Of a stretch of 64,000 nt of DNA, positions 1-12,415 are shown one piece after another (positions within the stretch are counted from its first letter, which is position 1; each line of letters starts with the position of its first letter). A model generated the notes under the pieces. It was given only the letters and a program-made list of their open reading frames with translations, was not told the DNA's origin and made no database searches. A program made the position numbers and the translations under genes. This DNA is from Zygnema circumcarinatum SAG 698-1b (lineage: Eukaryota > Plantae > Zygnematophyceae), in the NCBI GenBank assembly GCA_037447605.1, contig CM074808.1:1550001-1614000 (forward strand). Direction: 5' to 3'.

Positions 1-163
1 TATCGCACAGCAAACCTGAGAGCGACATATAGGGGGTCATTCACAAAATCTCTCAAAGCAGACCCATGCAGAGAACAGGCCTGTCTTATGCGAATTCTGT
101 GGCTTGCATGTCACAAGCACAAACACAAACATAAACACGAGATGAAGCTTGCCATGTGAGCAC

Positions 164-3100
164 CTTCAATAGCAGGTGCGTTCAGCTTGAACTGTTCCAC
201 AAGAAACTTGGCGGAGGAAAACACATCCTCGATTCCATGCATCAACGACGCAGTTGCGTGCCCAAAAGCTCTCGCTTCCTGCATCCCGACAAGTTAAGAA
301 AAGCCAACACCTCGCTTTACCTCCGTACAACACACCACCACCACTCGCTAGATGGATTTCGTACAAACCCGCAACATAAACATAAACTGCACAGATCAGG
401 CGAACATAGGATTGCTTTTACTCATCCAAACACCCCATGCCATTCAGCAGTGTCTCTAATTGGCATGAAGGAATGAAAAACATAGAATGTGGCACTCACA
501 ATAAGAAGAGACGAGAGCTGCTCCATCCTCCTCGCCTGCAGACCCGTCCCATATGCAGATCCTGCATGCTGAAGGACTGCCTCTGATGATATCTCTTCAA
601 CAGCTACTGACGGCTTTTCAATAAGGAAAGAAGATTCTTCCGCAGCATTGGGAGCAGGCTCTGAAGTCTCTATGGCTTGGGAGGTTTTCTCTTTCGCATG
701 GAGTTGTTCCGTTAAAGAACTATGAGCCCCATCTCTTCGAAGGCAATCATCAGCTTGTGAAGTTGGATCATTCTCCATTCTGATCTCTGCTGGTTGCAGA
801 CTTTCTCCATTTTCTATGGAACCCTCATCAACCTCCATCAGAGTATGGTCACCCTCATCACTCGTTCTCGATGTTTTTCTGTACACCACACACCACCATA
901 TCTCTCACATAGAACTCAGAAGTTATGCTATGTTTAGTGCATAGCATTGATTCACTTATAAAGGCGTAACTATGAGTTTCCAATGAATTCGATCAAGAAA
1001 GCTAAAGCTCACTATATTCCTAGGCCAGAAAGATGAATGAAATTTCAAGAACGAATGAAGTGAGCACGGATTGCAGAAGTCAAGCGAGTCAGAATCAAAG
1101 AATCCAAGTTAGGAGTTCCAACCTTGATGAATTGTGAGTCTCCTTTTGGCGAATCTCGCCATAGACCGCAAGTGAGTGCTCGCCACCTCCCACCACAAAG
1201 AGAAGCCGTCGAGAGGAGTCGGTTGGCAGCCCCTGAATAGGAATAGGATATGCTTGCACTGCTCTGTAGTGCTACCCACCACCGCCATCGTGACTCAGCT
1301 TCTCTGAAGGAATGACAATAGTATTTTAAGTCTCAAATGTTCTCAAGGAAGACGCGAAGTAAAACTGCTCGTTCTAACAACTGTTGGGACTTACCTATCC
1401 ACTCTCCCAAGCTGGAATTGCTCTCCATCGCCCCACCCGAACATGCGCAGCCCTTTGTTTACCAAAGCCAACGAATGCCGAACTCCGGCAGATATTTGTA
1501 CCACCTCCTCCCCAATGAAAGCATCGACTCTCTTGGGTACAGTCTGATCTTCGGTAGTTCCATGGCCCGTCTGACCCCAGTGTCCTCTGCCCCACTGCAC
1601 CACAATTAAACGGTCGAATCAACACAACGACGAGGGCAGAGAGATGAAAATCCCAGAATCCTGCAAACCCATTGTTCTGCAAACTCCGCTTCTGATCACG
1701 TGCAATTCGCGATACGGGACACACTAATTGGTCAAACCAATGTCCCATGTATTGGCGGGTTTTACCTCACTTCAACCAATGACACCTCGCAGGTCTGACC
1801 AACTAACTTCACAGACTATTCCACAGAATGTAGCTTTCCTGCTTAGGTCATAAAACTTCATTTGCATGAGATGAATCGCCAATGGAACAGAGCCCCTCCT
1901 CCTGTCTCTGCGAGCTTACAGTGAGCAGCGAGCCCTCAGTAGTGAGGGCCATTGTGTGATCACCCCCACATGAGATTTGCGCCACACTTTTCTCCGTGAG
2001 CGATGGCACAATCGCGGGCCGCAGCTCGTTTGCAGTGTGGCCCAAACCCAGCTGCCCATACTTGCCCCGGCCCCATGTGAAGACCTGCAATGGAAAATCA
2101 AAGTTAAAAAACAATAGCTACAGTTGTCCCATTAACAGGAGGCAGGCGGAAAGGTGCGTATGAATGAGGGTGGCTTCACCTACTGCCGGCTCACACTCAC
2201 AAATTTTTTTTTTTTTTTTTTTTAAATTGCTTCTAAATTGGGTCACCGAGCTTGCCAGAACAGGCCCTACTAGCTCACAAATCAGATGGGAGTCAACAGA
2301 AAGTAAGAGCCACAACCTACTCTGACACAGCCTAAGCAACTTGTGGAAAACCTCTTAGATTTCATTCATGTAAGCAAAGATGCCATTGCTGAAACAATAT
2401 CCCTTATGCAAGATTGTGCGGAAACATCTCAAACTTTTTAACTCTCGCGTAAGATTTGGACAAGATTCTAATGCAAACAAGAATTATGCCGATTTCAACT
2501 CAAAGCCGACTTGAAGTATCCAATTTGTGTCGGGTTAGTTCTCACTATTTAGGATAGACTGATGATTGAAATTTCTGTATCTCTCGTCTGCCCGTCAAAG
2601 ACCCTCATTCACTTAGACAACCAAAGCAAGAGCAAATGAAACGAGGAGCCTAACCTCTTACAATGTTTAACTTAAAACAACAACAGCAGAAATCTAACGA
2701 GCGGAATACTTCGCCATGGAACTCAGAACTCAGCCCAAAACTCTCATATTAAGGAGTGAGCAAGCATACCTGGCCATCGATAGTGAGCGCTGCACTATGG
2801 CTGTCTCCACAGGAAAGCTGCCATCATCGTTAAGCTTGGTCAGGCCGGCAATGAAAATAGTGTGACTAAAGTCATACTCGTAACAACAAGTTATCTGAAG
2901 TTCGTTTTGTGCGTTGCTTTATATGCATTCATTCATCTTTTTCAGTGACGAAGAAAACGAGTTTGCACGATTCTTCGCCTACTTCACCTTTCCCCCCTAG
3001 TTTTTCCTACGCCTTTGCCCACCGGTTTTGTGGTTGAATCCTCATTTCAATCCTATAGTCCTCTCATTATCCCCATTCCTATGTGTCTGGTTCAATTGTT

Positions 3101-4923
3101 GACCCTAAAGTTGACCCTTGAGGTCTAACACACACTTCTACATCACTCCCTTCCAAATCAAGTGAAGTTCCACGTGTGTCTCCTCTCTTCTTAAAGCACA
3201 TATAAGTGGGAATACAGCCAAGAAAGTCTTGCTGGCTGACTGTCAGATATATTACTAACCAAAATGACCATAAAGGCCCACAGAGAATATAGAAATGCAT
3301 CAAGCATGACGGCACTAAAATGCAAATGGCTAACATTTTTTAGACTGAACGAGGGCACCCAAACCCACCTGCACAACTCCAAGTCCCCACAAGCCGGTCA
3401 CTTGAGTCGGCGTGTGAAGGTCTGCAGTGCTGCCATGGCCAAGCGCACCGAATATTCCCTGCCCAAAAGAATACACCTCTCCGCTGCCTGGAAAGCTCTC
3501 GCCAGGCAGAATCAAACAAGTAAACATGTAAGCAAAGTTCATTTGAAAAGGAACAGAACTGCTAGGGAAAAGGTAGTCAATCGAATGCACTCCAAGTGCA
3601 ATAGTGGTTGCATTGGAAGTGCCACAAACAATGGAAAGGGGCCACGAGTGTACTAAGCTGAACATCATTGACTTTATCTTCAACTCAAGATCTGTTCGGT
3701 ACACACCTGTTAACGCAAGAGTATGGTTAGCTCCACATGCCACTCGGACAAAACGAAGTTCCCTGGACCCTTTTACTATTCGAGGGTGAAGAAACTCTGC
3801 GGGCGGCCCTCCGCCAGTCTGAACCCCATGTTCAGTGAGGCCAAGCTGCCCAAAGTCGGAGGACCCCCATGAGGCAAGGGACCCAACATCTGCATCAACA
3901 CCATTCATTCCATTCAAACATCATCATCAACATGCTACTACAAGTAATACAAGTGCTGCCTCCGCCTCTGCCTCCTTTTGCCAAATCCGCTGTATGTGCT
4001 TGCTGATACAATGAGACGCTGTCTATACCCCCCTTTCTATTCCTTCCTCTCAAACCAACCCTGGTCTGTCACCTACGACCCCACACATTCTTTATCAAGC
4101 TCGTTTTGTGTGCGTTCCCGCTCTTACTTCTCTCGGGGTTACCACCCCTACCACTTCTCCACTCCACCCAATGCATTCCAGCCCTACCAGTCCATAGTCC
4201 CTCCGTTTTAAGCTCTCCTTCTCTACCGGTCACATTCCCCCATTATACTCCATTGACCAATCAGTACTTATTGTTCACAAATCCAAACAATCAGTTTGGA
4301 TTTGGATTTCAGTTTGGACGCGAGGTTTAGTAAGATAGTGTTGTTACCATTACTAGAAAGCGCTTTGAGAGAGGCGGTGAGTGCACCTGTGACTGCCACT
4401 GTATGGGCGGCTCCACACGCCACGTGGACCACAGTTCTCGTATCGAGAGCAGCGACTTGCCTGGGAACTGCGCTGCTTTCCCTTCCTCCTATGCCCAATT
4501 GACCAGCTTCATTGTTACCTACAGTGTATACCTCTCCCTCTTCTGCATCCACCAACCAAGGAAAGCACACTTTCAGAGTCTCGCGACGGCGATCTTCCCT
4601 CCTTTGACTATCCAAAACGAGAACTTCAAGCTGCCTGCAGTAAAGGACCTGCCATATTCATTCATCATAAGAAACTGGGCCGATAGAAGGGATATTCAGG
4701 TGATGAATCAAAACATGGTTTTTGTGCCTCTTAACGTCGAGTTAAGAAGAAGAGCTGCACCTGTGAGGAAAGCAGTGTGGAACTCCCCTGCCGCCACGTG
4801 GCAGACGGCCTTGCCCTGCAGAGGGCTCACCATGGCGGGCGTGTCGCGATCGAGAGCGTCTCCATGACCCAGTTGAGAGAAGTCCCCCCTCCCCCAACTG
4901 TAAACTGCCATGCAAGCCACCAT
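164..4923 (-). CDS. RCC1-repeat protein (7 blades) with small-HERC-like linker; probable RCC1-HECT E3 ligase, 3'-incomplete
   Basis: In-frame GT-AG exons reconstructed by hand: 4923/4911-4761, 4542-4387, 3889-3707, 3487-3369, 2817-2770, 2084-1920, 1594-1395, 1263-1123, 878-500, 278-164. Seven RCC1 repeats (e.g. VYSWGRGDFSQLGHG...VAAGEFHTAFLT; VFTWGRGKYGQLGLG...ISCGGDHTMALT), then an acidic linker and GIEDVFSSAKFLVEQF, which resembles the post-RLD motif of HERC3/4. No HECT domain is visible in the window, so the E3 call is inference. Confidence 0.85.
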
Positions 4924-7244
4924 AGAAAGGATCAGCCTGAAAAGTAGCCGCCAAGGAACGGGTATCCACGAGCATGTCCTCCTGCTGGATAATTGACACG
5001 TGCAGATCAAAAATAGCTTTGGAAGTTTACAACTGCAGCTAGCTTGTTGGTGAATTTAAGTACAAGGAGTCAATTTCTGCACCTTTTTCCAACCATCGAA
5101 AACAGGCAGGAAGTTGTAACCTCACCATAGACTGCAGGCTTCCCAAGGCGTTCGCGATCGGAAAGTCGCGGGGTGAGTTTCCTATGCAGAATTGCTTGAC
5201 TCTCACTCCCATCTGTCCGCCCATGACCTCCTGTTCAGTGATCGATCATGGTAATCATGTTTAACTGAGACAACTTATTTTCACAAACACTTTTTTGCAA
5301 GTTCCATTCCTCTCCAAAAACAACTTCGGAAACGCCTTCCACCCATCTTGGCAAGCAAAAAAATTTAGAGGAGGGAGACGAAAGGCTGCCCCTCTGGAGC
5401 AACATGTAGCCCTTTCATATAGACCTGTTAGACCTGGAGTAACTGACTAGTACTTAAGTAGGCAACCACTTGAGATATTTGTAACGGAGAACTTACGTTA
5501 CAAAGTCATAGTTCAGCCAACAGTGATTAAGAGGCAGTGTGCAAACTTTTTAACCTTTCTTGTGAACTAGCTTTGCCAGGTCAAAGTTGTTCACAAAGGC
5601 AACTCAACCAAGGCACCGGTTCAAGTCAACCTTGGTTCACAATCCTGCTGCCATTTTCCTGACGACGTTTCTGTGCTTCATTCTTTGAACTACACTCGAC
5701 TTACAATTGTGTCGGCCATATAAGATTAACTTTAAGTGGAGATCAAAAAGAGCGAGAGAGGCAAGTAGTATGCAATTGCGTTTCTATAAAATGAAGATTA
5801 TTTATCTACTATGGGTTCCTTACGAGAATATACAAGGTCAACGACCTAGATGGTGGCCTGCCACCATGGTTTCTGACCGAGCAATTTTTTACCGAGTCCC
5901 GCATGGTTGGAGTAACAGAATTGTAGCCCGAGAGAGATGGAAATGTACTGCCTCAGATACTGTGCAAAGCCGAGCTCCAGAGTCTGCATACTTGCAGTGA
6001 GGGAAACGAGCTAAATTGTTTAGTTCGACTGGATTTCCTTATGTATAAGTAATGCGCAATACTTGTATGAGCGAACTAATGAGCCATGTGTAGTTGGCAG
6101 CTGCCTGTCAGGGCATTCTAAGGATCGACTTGGAATAAGCAATGACAGTTTGAATATCAAAAAGATTTCGTGGGGGATATTCATTCATGCAACCCTCGAA
6201 CACTTAAAAAGTGTTGATCAGAACTCAGTCATACAAGATGAAACCTCCACCAAGGGATGACAAGGTACTGTAGGGTGCAAAGTAGGACTGGTTTCTCGTC
6301 GTATCTTGCATGAACATCAGTTCATGACTATAAGAACGCCAAATGTGAATGCCTTTTTGCTAGTATACAGGAAAATGCTGCTGCTGCTGCCTTGAAGCTT
6401 TGAGATAAATCGTTGACAAATTGAAATGGTTGACCTCGGTTTAAGACAATGATCATCTACGCCGTTGTAGCTTCATGAAAGGACCAGGAAAATCCATTTG
6501 CTGGTCTATTCACTTCAAGGATTATTCAAGATCTGGAATATCCTTCCCTCGTTCAGACCCCTTCAGGAGCTCTGGGCCACGTCAGAATCTTTAGTAACGT
6601 CCTTCGTGTTGTGCTCTCGCACTGATATGTTTGCAAGTTCGTGCACCTCTTTTCACTGAAAGCTAAAATGCTCCAGCCAGGCACAGGTGTTGCTCATCAA
6701 CTTCGCACTGTAAACTTAAATGTTTGCAACTGTGCCTCCACTTGCTGTTTGTGAGAATATTGATCAGGTTCTCATTGCGACAATTTCCAGCACCATGCAC
6801 TTTGTGACTGGCGATGCATTCATCATGTAGCTTTCTCCTAAAGCAGAACCTTTTACATCTATCATGATTTGACAGTCTTGGGCAAACGATATAGGTCGCT
6901 ATTATCGTTGCTCGACTATTAAGGATACACACGCTGCGGCCTAGCAAGTGCCCAGTCAGCGGGAGTCAATTGCCCCCCTACTACATTTACCAGCGAATTT
7001 CTGATCGACAGCTGCCATCCACGTACCATGAATGAGCCAAGCTCATTCGTTCGTTGCCGTATCATCTAATCTTGAAGCGCGTTAAGAAATTCCTATCACG
7101 GAAGGGTCAATACAACTTTCAGGAATCGGCCTACACACGAGGACTACCCTCCAACAAGTTTCAGATTAATTCATCATCAGAACGAGTCGGTGTTGGTCTT
7201 CCTACAATGAGTTTTCGACTTTCACAATTTCATTCGTCTGCACA

Positions 7245-7440
7245 GGCGCAAGGGCAGGCAGTCTGAGGCAGGACGGAGCAGGGCGGCAGGGCAGGGCACG
7301 GTAGGGCAGGGCAGGCGGGCGCACCGGCCATGGAGCTGAGCTTGCTGAGGAGGCGCTATGGCTATGGAGCCCGCCTGCCCGCCTGCCCGCCTGCCCGCCT
7401 GCCCGCCCGCCCTCCGTCCGAACCGGGGGCCGACCGACCG
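7245..7440. repeat. GC-rich low-complexity tract (GGGCA / GCCCGCCT repeats), probable promoter or 5' region of the RCC1 gene
   Basis: Tandem gcagg/gggca and gcctgccc units are visible. Similar GC-rich tracts precede the other genes in the window. Confidence 0.45.
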
Positions 7441-7597
7441 CCATCAGTTCAGTGACCTGTGCTCAGCACTAAGTACGTACAATCGCCACTCATCATCCGT
7501 ACAGTGTCGTGTGCCTGTACGGTAAAATGTTAACGTTAGGGAAACCTGCGCCACGGCTGTTGAGGACCGTCCGATGGCCTCCTGCCCCGCCCTCCGC

Positions 7598-7607
7598 GCC
7601 ACGTGGC
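7598..7607. promoter_or_regulatory. G-box palindrome GCCACGTGGC
   Basis: Perfect decamer just upstream of the GC-rich tract of the RCC1 gene. Function not shown. Confidence 0.35.
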
Positions 7608-7839
7608 ACACATCGGCGAGCTTCACGGAGGGTTCGAGAGCCATGTTGTTGTTGTTGGGCCTAGAAGCGCAGTTTCGCTCATGGCTTTTCTGTCTGTTCC
7701 TAGGTTCATCTGGGTTTTGCAGTTGGCCATAGTACATGCTACATATAATTTGATGGCATCCGTAGCATCAAATCCAATTCATTCCTCCAAAGCAGTACAT
7801 GCGCCACACAGTACACATAGGACACTTGGATCAGCAACC

Positions 7840-9070
7840 ATTGGCAGACAATGGCTGCCCGCCCAATGGTTGGCAACCACTGGGATGGTTGGCCACAATT
7901 GGCAGCCAATGTTTCTCAACCATAAAACTATTGGAAGCCAATGGCTGGAAATCGTTGGCAATCGTTGGCTGGCCTACCAACCAAGATTTCGAAGCATTGG
8001 CCATGGTTGGCGATCATTGAATTCAGTATTTCCAGCCATTGGCAATGGTTGGCTGGTAGCATTGGCAGTGTTGCTAGCCATTGGACTCATCCAATGTCTG
8101 CCAACAATTGGGCAAATGATTTACCCGTTGAAGGGCAGACTCGAACTCATGCCCTCATTTTCTATAATAGAGATGACGCGTGTCATTGCCATTGCCAATT
8201 GTTGGAACCATCGGTTGGCTTCCAATGGTTCGAACCATTAAGCTCAGAAAGCTAGTCAACATCATTTTGTTTTTATAAAATTTCTACCATTGATAAATGG
8301 TAGTAGGTCTACGCCTGGTCCGCCGACCAATGGTTGAGACCATTTGCAATGGCTGGCGGAGTTGCAAACCAGTGGCAACCATTGGATTCAATAGTTGGTT
8401 GGCCGCCGTTCTAATGGCTGATTCAGAAGCCGACTTGTAGCTTAGATTATTGGGTCGGCGACCATTGGCCAACCATAGTTTCCCAGCGGTTGAATGGCCA
8501 ATAGTTTGCAACCATTGGCAACTGTTCGCAAGCACTGTCAGCCAGTCGCTCAAACCATTAGACAATGGTTGGTCCATCCAGTGGCCATCCAGTGGTCCGA
8601 CCTATGCGGTACTGCACAGTCTGCGCTACCAGTATCTGAGTCGATCTGTCGAAGGTCGAGCCATCGCAAGTGCAAACGATGGTCAGCATTGGTTTTGCTA
8701 GTCGTTTCCAATGGTTGGCCGACCAATGGTCGGTAAGCATTGGCAATAACTGACACCTGCCTGGCAAACAATGGCTGTAGCCATTGGTAATGGTTGGCTG
8801 GGCCCACTAACGAATGGTTGCAATCATCGGCATTTTTGTTGGTTGGGTCCACCAATCAACGCTTGCCCTCGCCAATGGTTCCGACCATTACCAAAATTGG
8901 CCAAAAAGTATTTTTTAATTGGTAGGGTTTCATTCACATCTCAAATTGCTCTAATCAACCGCTACGAAAATTCATTTTCAGATGAAACTTAAGAAATTTT
9001 ACTAGGTTCTCAACCAGTCGTATTAACTATTAGCAGCGGTTGGCAGCCATGGATCCAATGGTTCGAGCCG
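7840..9070. repeat. CCAATGG/CCATTGG-motif-dense dispersed repeat (probable non-autonomous DNA transposon)
   Basis: Dozens of AACCATTGG / CCAATGGTT motifs in both orientations. Related tracts at ~10770-10860 and ~48895-49210. No TIR or TSD could be fixed. Confidence 0.65.
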
Positions 9071-9319
9071 TTCGACGTGCGGTGTGGGGCCCGGCCCGAC
9101 TACGGCACGAACTCGCTTGCGGTTACAGCGGGGAGTTACGCGCACCGCAGCGCAGGGCAGGGCAGTAACGCGCGCCGCGGGCGGTTACATCCGCTGAGAG
9201 GGACCGTCGGGCGGCGTCGGCGGGCGGGCGGGCTGCTCCGGTCGGTTCAGCAAGGGCCCGCTGCGGACCCCGGGGCGCGATGTACCGTACAGGGGCAGGG
9301 GGATCGTCGGAACGCGCAT

Positions 9320-9402
9320 CCATGGCGTGCATGCATGCCTGCCTACATCATGCATGCATGCATGCATGCCTGCCTACATCATGCATGCATGCATGCGCGC
9401 AT
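9320..9402. repeat. (CATG)n / RY-type microsatellite tract
   Basis: gcatgcatgcctgcctacatcatgcatgcatgcatgc occurs in near-tandem duplicate. Confidence 0.8.
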
Positions 9403-10769
9403 GGCCGCGGGCGGAAACGGTCACATGACATGCGATGGGCAGCGCCACGCGACCGTCTGGTGGTTCGCGGCATGAAAGCGAACCGGCCGTGTAAATTGTC
9501 CTTTTAAAAAGAAAGCGTGTGTATTGTACAGTACTAGCTTTGACGGCCGGTGCCCGCCTGCCAGTCGGCCACGCGGCAGCGCGGGAGGGAGAGAGGCGGG
9601 GGCGGCGGATGGCAACCGACGGCGGCGATGCGTCCCCCGCCACTCGCCGAGCCGGTCCCGACCGGCCCGGACCGGACCCGGCCTCGCCTGGACCGACCGC
9701 GGGACGATCCGCAGGAGGACGCCCTGCTGACGCCATTCGTGTCCTCGGACGAGGTGTCCTTTGTACAATTTTGGTCGTGGTTTCGCCACGTGTCATCAGG
9801 CAGTTGTTGGACCGTTAACTGCCACATGACAGATTTTGCATTTTGCTCTTGCTACTCCACGTGTCAATGAGGGAGAAATTTGTGACCTTTGGATTGCCGT
9901 GTGGGAGATTTTAGGGGTTTGTCGCAGATATGCCACGTGGCTCTGGCTCGATACATGTGAGTACGCGGTATATGGTGTAGTGTCATTATCCGACATTTCT
10001 TGCAAGTATCGTAACGCTGAATATGGTGAAATTTCGTATCGAGGTTTTATCCTGGCATTTCGATATACCTTAAAATTGAACAGGTTGAGAAATTGAGAAA
10101 CGAGTAAACTTAATTTCTCAATCGTCAATCTTATTTAACTGAAGGGTACAACTTTGGACACTCGAGATCGAAAACTTTTTCGATTGAACAAAGCGAAAAG
10201 TTTTTAAAAGGCTCAATATGTTGGGTCGCACGTGTGGATTCCAATTTTTGCCACGTTGGTTCCGTGCAATTCGAGGGATCCGGTTAACCAATCGTGGCCC
10301 ATTTTGGCCTTACGACAAAAAAATTCGACTTCCCGCGAGCCGATCCACAATTTATGTACGGACAACCGGGTTCACGCGCTTTTCGATTCGCCAAAATCTC
10401 ATTTCTGATCGGTGGTCCCAAAGGAGAAAAATTGAAAACGAACGATAATTAAATGTTCAATGTTCAAACTGGTTCCCCTTAAACTTGTATTAAGAAAAAA
10501 TAAATAAACCCAAAAAATATGAATTAATTTTTTAATTTCTCAAAATGAATCGTGTTCACAAATATGGGGTTTTTTTTTGAGAAGCCAAAATATTTAATTT
10601 CCTTTTCCTCAACCTGTTCGGTTTTACGGTAAGGCTGTCAGACTTCACGAAATCTTACGAACAAAAAAGTTTGGGAGGTACTCTGCCGCAGCAAAATCGC
10701 GATGTCACCGCCATACTCCTGGTCTCACACGTACGAACAACTTTTAAGTCTGAAACCCCCTTGCCATCC

Positions 10770-10860
10770 AATTGTTGGAACCATGGAAATGGTGCTTTCG
10801 GTCCAGCGCCAGTGGTTGGAACCGTTGGAATGGTGGTTGGCAATGGTTGGCTGAGTCTTG
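10770..10860. repeat. Short CCAATGG-family tract
   Basis: ccaattgttggaaccatgg...ccagtggttggaaccgttgg...ggcaatggttgg, the same motif family as 7840-9070. Confidence 0.5.
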
Positions 10861-11180
10861 CACGAATGGAATGGTTCGCAACCGTCCGCCTCGCGCCCTG
10901 CCGCATCGGCCCTGGCTGGGACGCACTTTGCCCCCCGCAGGGCCGTACAGAAACCGTGCGGTACGACCGTACGAGGCCCCGCCTGCTGCCTCTCCGTACA
11001 TTTCCTGCCGCATGGCTCCACGTGGCGAGCGAACGGGCGGGTTGCCCGCCTCGCGCCGAATCGCCGATACTGTACTGTAGCGAATTAGCGAATACGGCAG
11101 CCGTCCGTCCGGTCCTTCGACTGTGCGCACAGCCCTGCGGTGCGTGCGTCGCCCGCAGCGCCGCCTTCCGGTAACTGCTT

Positions 11181-11230
11181 CATGTCATGTCATGTCATGT
11201 CATGGCATGTCATGGCATGTCATGGCATGT
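11181..11230. repeat. (CATGT/CATGG)n pentamer microsatellite
   Basis: Ten consecutive CATG(T/G) units. Confidence 0.9.
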
Positions 11231-12258
11231 GCGGGTGCTGGTTTTTAGGGCTTTTTAGGGTTGCTGGTGCAAGAAGATCCGCCGGTTGGCCGCGAACACC
11301 CAGCCCGCCGTACGGTAAGGTACGGTACACGGCAGCACCGCTCGCCGTGGCGCCGCGCCCGAGCCCGGTCAATCGGCGCTCGCGATCCTCCCGGGCGGGC
11401 GGGCGGGCGGCAGCTGGCAGAGGGGCAAAGCGGCAGCGCTGCGCTGAGACAGAGAGAGAGAGACCGAGAGAGCGAGACTCGGCCCGTTCAGTTCCGTTAC
11501 GTTACGTTCCGTTCTGTTCCGTTCCCAAACCTCTACTAAATTACAGTATTATTATTTTTATTTCCGAGCCGCCCGGCCGCCCGCCCGGCCGCCCGCCCGC
11601 CTCCGCGCTGAACCGCCGCCCGCGAGGCGCCGTCAGTGAGCGAGTCAAGTCGTGGCGCCACTCCCCGAACCGGTACCGAACCGCTCCCCCTGCGCTGTCC
11701 TTACATCTCGTACCGTACGGCCCGCCCGCCGGCCGGCCCGCCGGCCGGCCCCGCCACTTGCGCAGCCGCCCGGCCGCCCGCCCGCCCGCAGAAGCGGCTC
11801 CCGCCCTCGCGTTCGCTGCCCCGGCGCGCTCCACGTGTCGCGCGTCGCGCCAGCCGGCCGTACAACTGGCAGTGCGCGGCCACTTGGCGCCTTCATGGCC
11901 CTCCCGACAGCGCGCCCGCCCGCCGCCAGGGCCCGCACCTTCGCGGAAGCAGCCCTACCAGTCAACGGCCGCGCGCCTGCCCGTTTGTCGCGACGCGCGC
12001 GCGTGCGGGCGGCGAGCCGCGTCCGTACGGCGCGAACGACCGCGTAACGCCGCCCGGCTTGTCGGTAGCGGCGGCCGCCCGCCAAGTGGCGCGCACTGTA
12101 CGGCGCGATCCGCCGCCGCCGCCCCCCGCCCTCTTGCCGCGCGCCACGTACCCCAGGCCTGCTCCTCCAGCCGGCGCCAGCGCGCGCCGTACGTCACGTA
12201 CGGTTGCCAGTTGGCCCGCGCGGCCGCCCGGCGCGAGGGCCCTTTCACCGGAGCGCGC

Positions 12259-12268
12259 GCCACGTGGT
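12259..12268. promoter_or_regulatory. G-box (GCCACGTGGT) ~150 bp upstream of the kinase ATG
   Basis: Motif read directly. It is followed by a GA-repeat 5' leader (~12345-12410). Confidence 0.35.
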
Positions 12269-12415
12269 GCGCCCTCGCGGGGTGGCCGCCGGCGGGCGTA
12301 AAGGCGGGCGGGCGGCAGAGAAGGGCCGTGCTTTAGGACCAGCCAGGGAAGGGAGGGAGGGAGAGAGAGAGAGAGAGACAGAGAGAGAGAGAGCGAGGAG
12401 GGAGGGAGAGGCGCG

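Noticed and set aside
5039-7000. Additional coding exons or a separate gene upstream of the RCC1 ATG
   Set aside because: Splice-like signals exist, but I could not build a consistent reading frame or recognise a domain. Left as probable leader or intron sequence.
7603-9000. ORFs rich in Trp/Asn/Gly (e.g. 7603-8241, 212 aa)
   Set aside because: They are by-products of the CCAATGG motif repeats.
9077-12336. Long overlapping Ala/Arg/Pro-rich ORFs (e.g. 11140-12336, 398 aa)
   Set aside because: Very GC-rich low-complexity DNA lacks stops in several frames on both strands, and no domain is recognisable.
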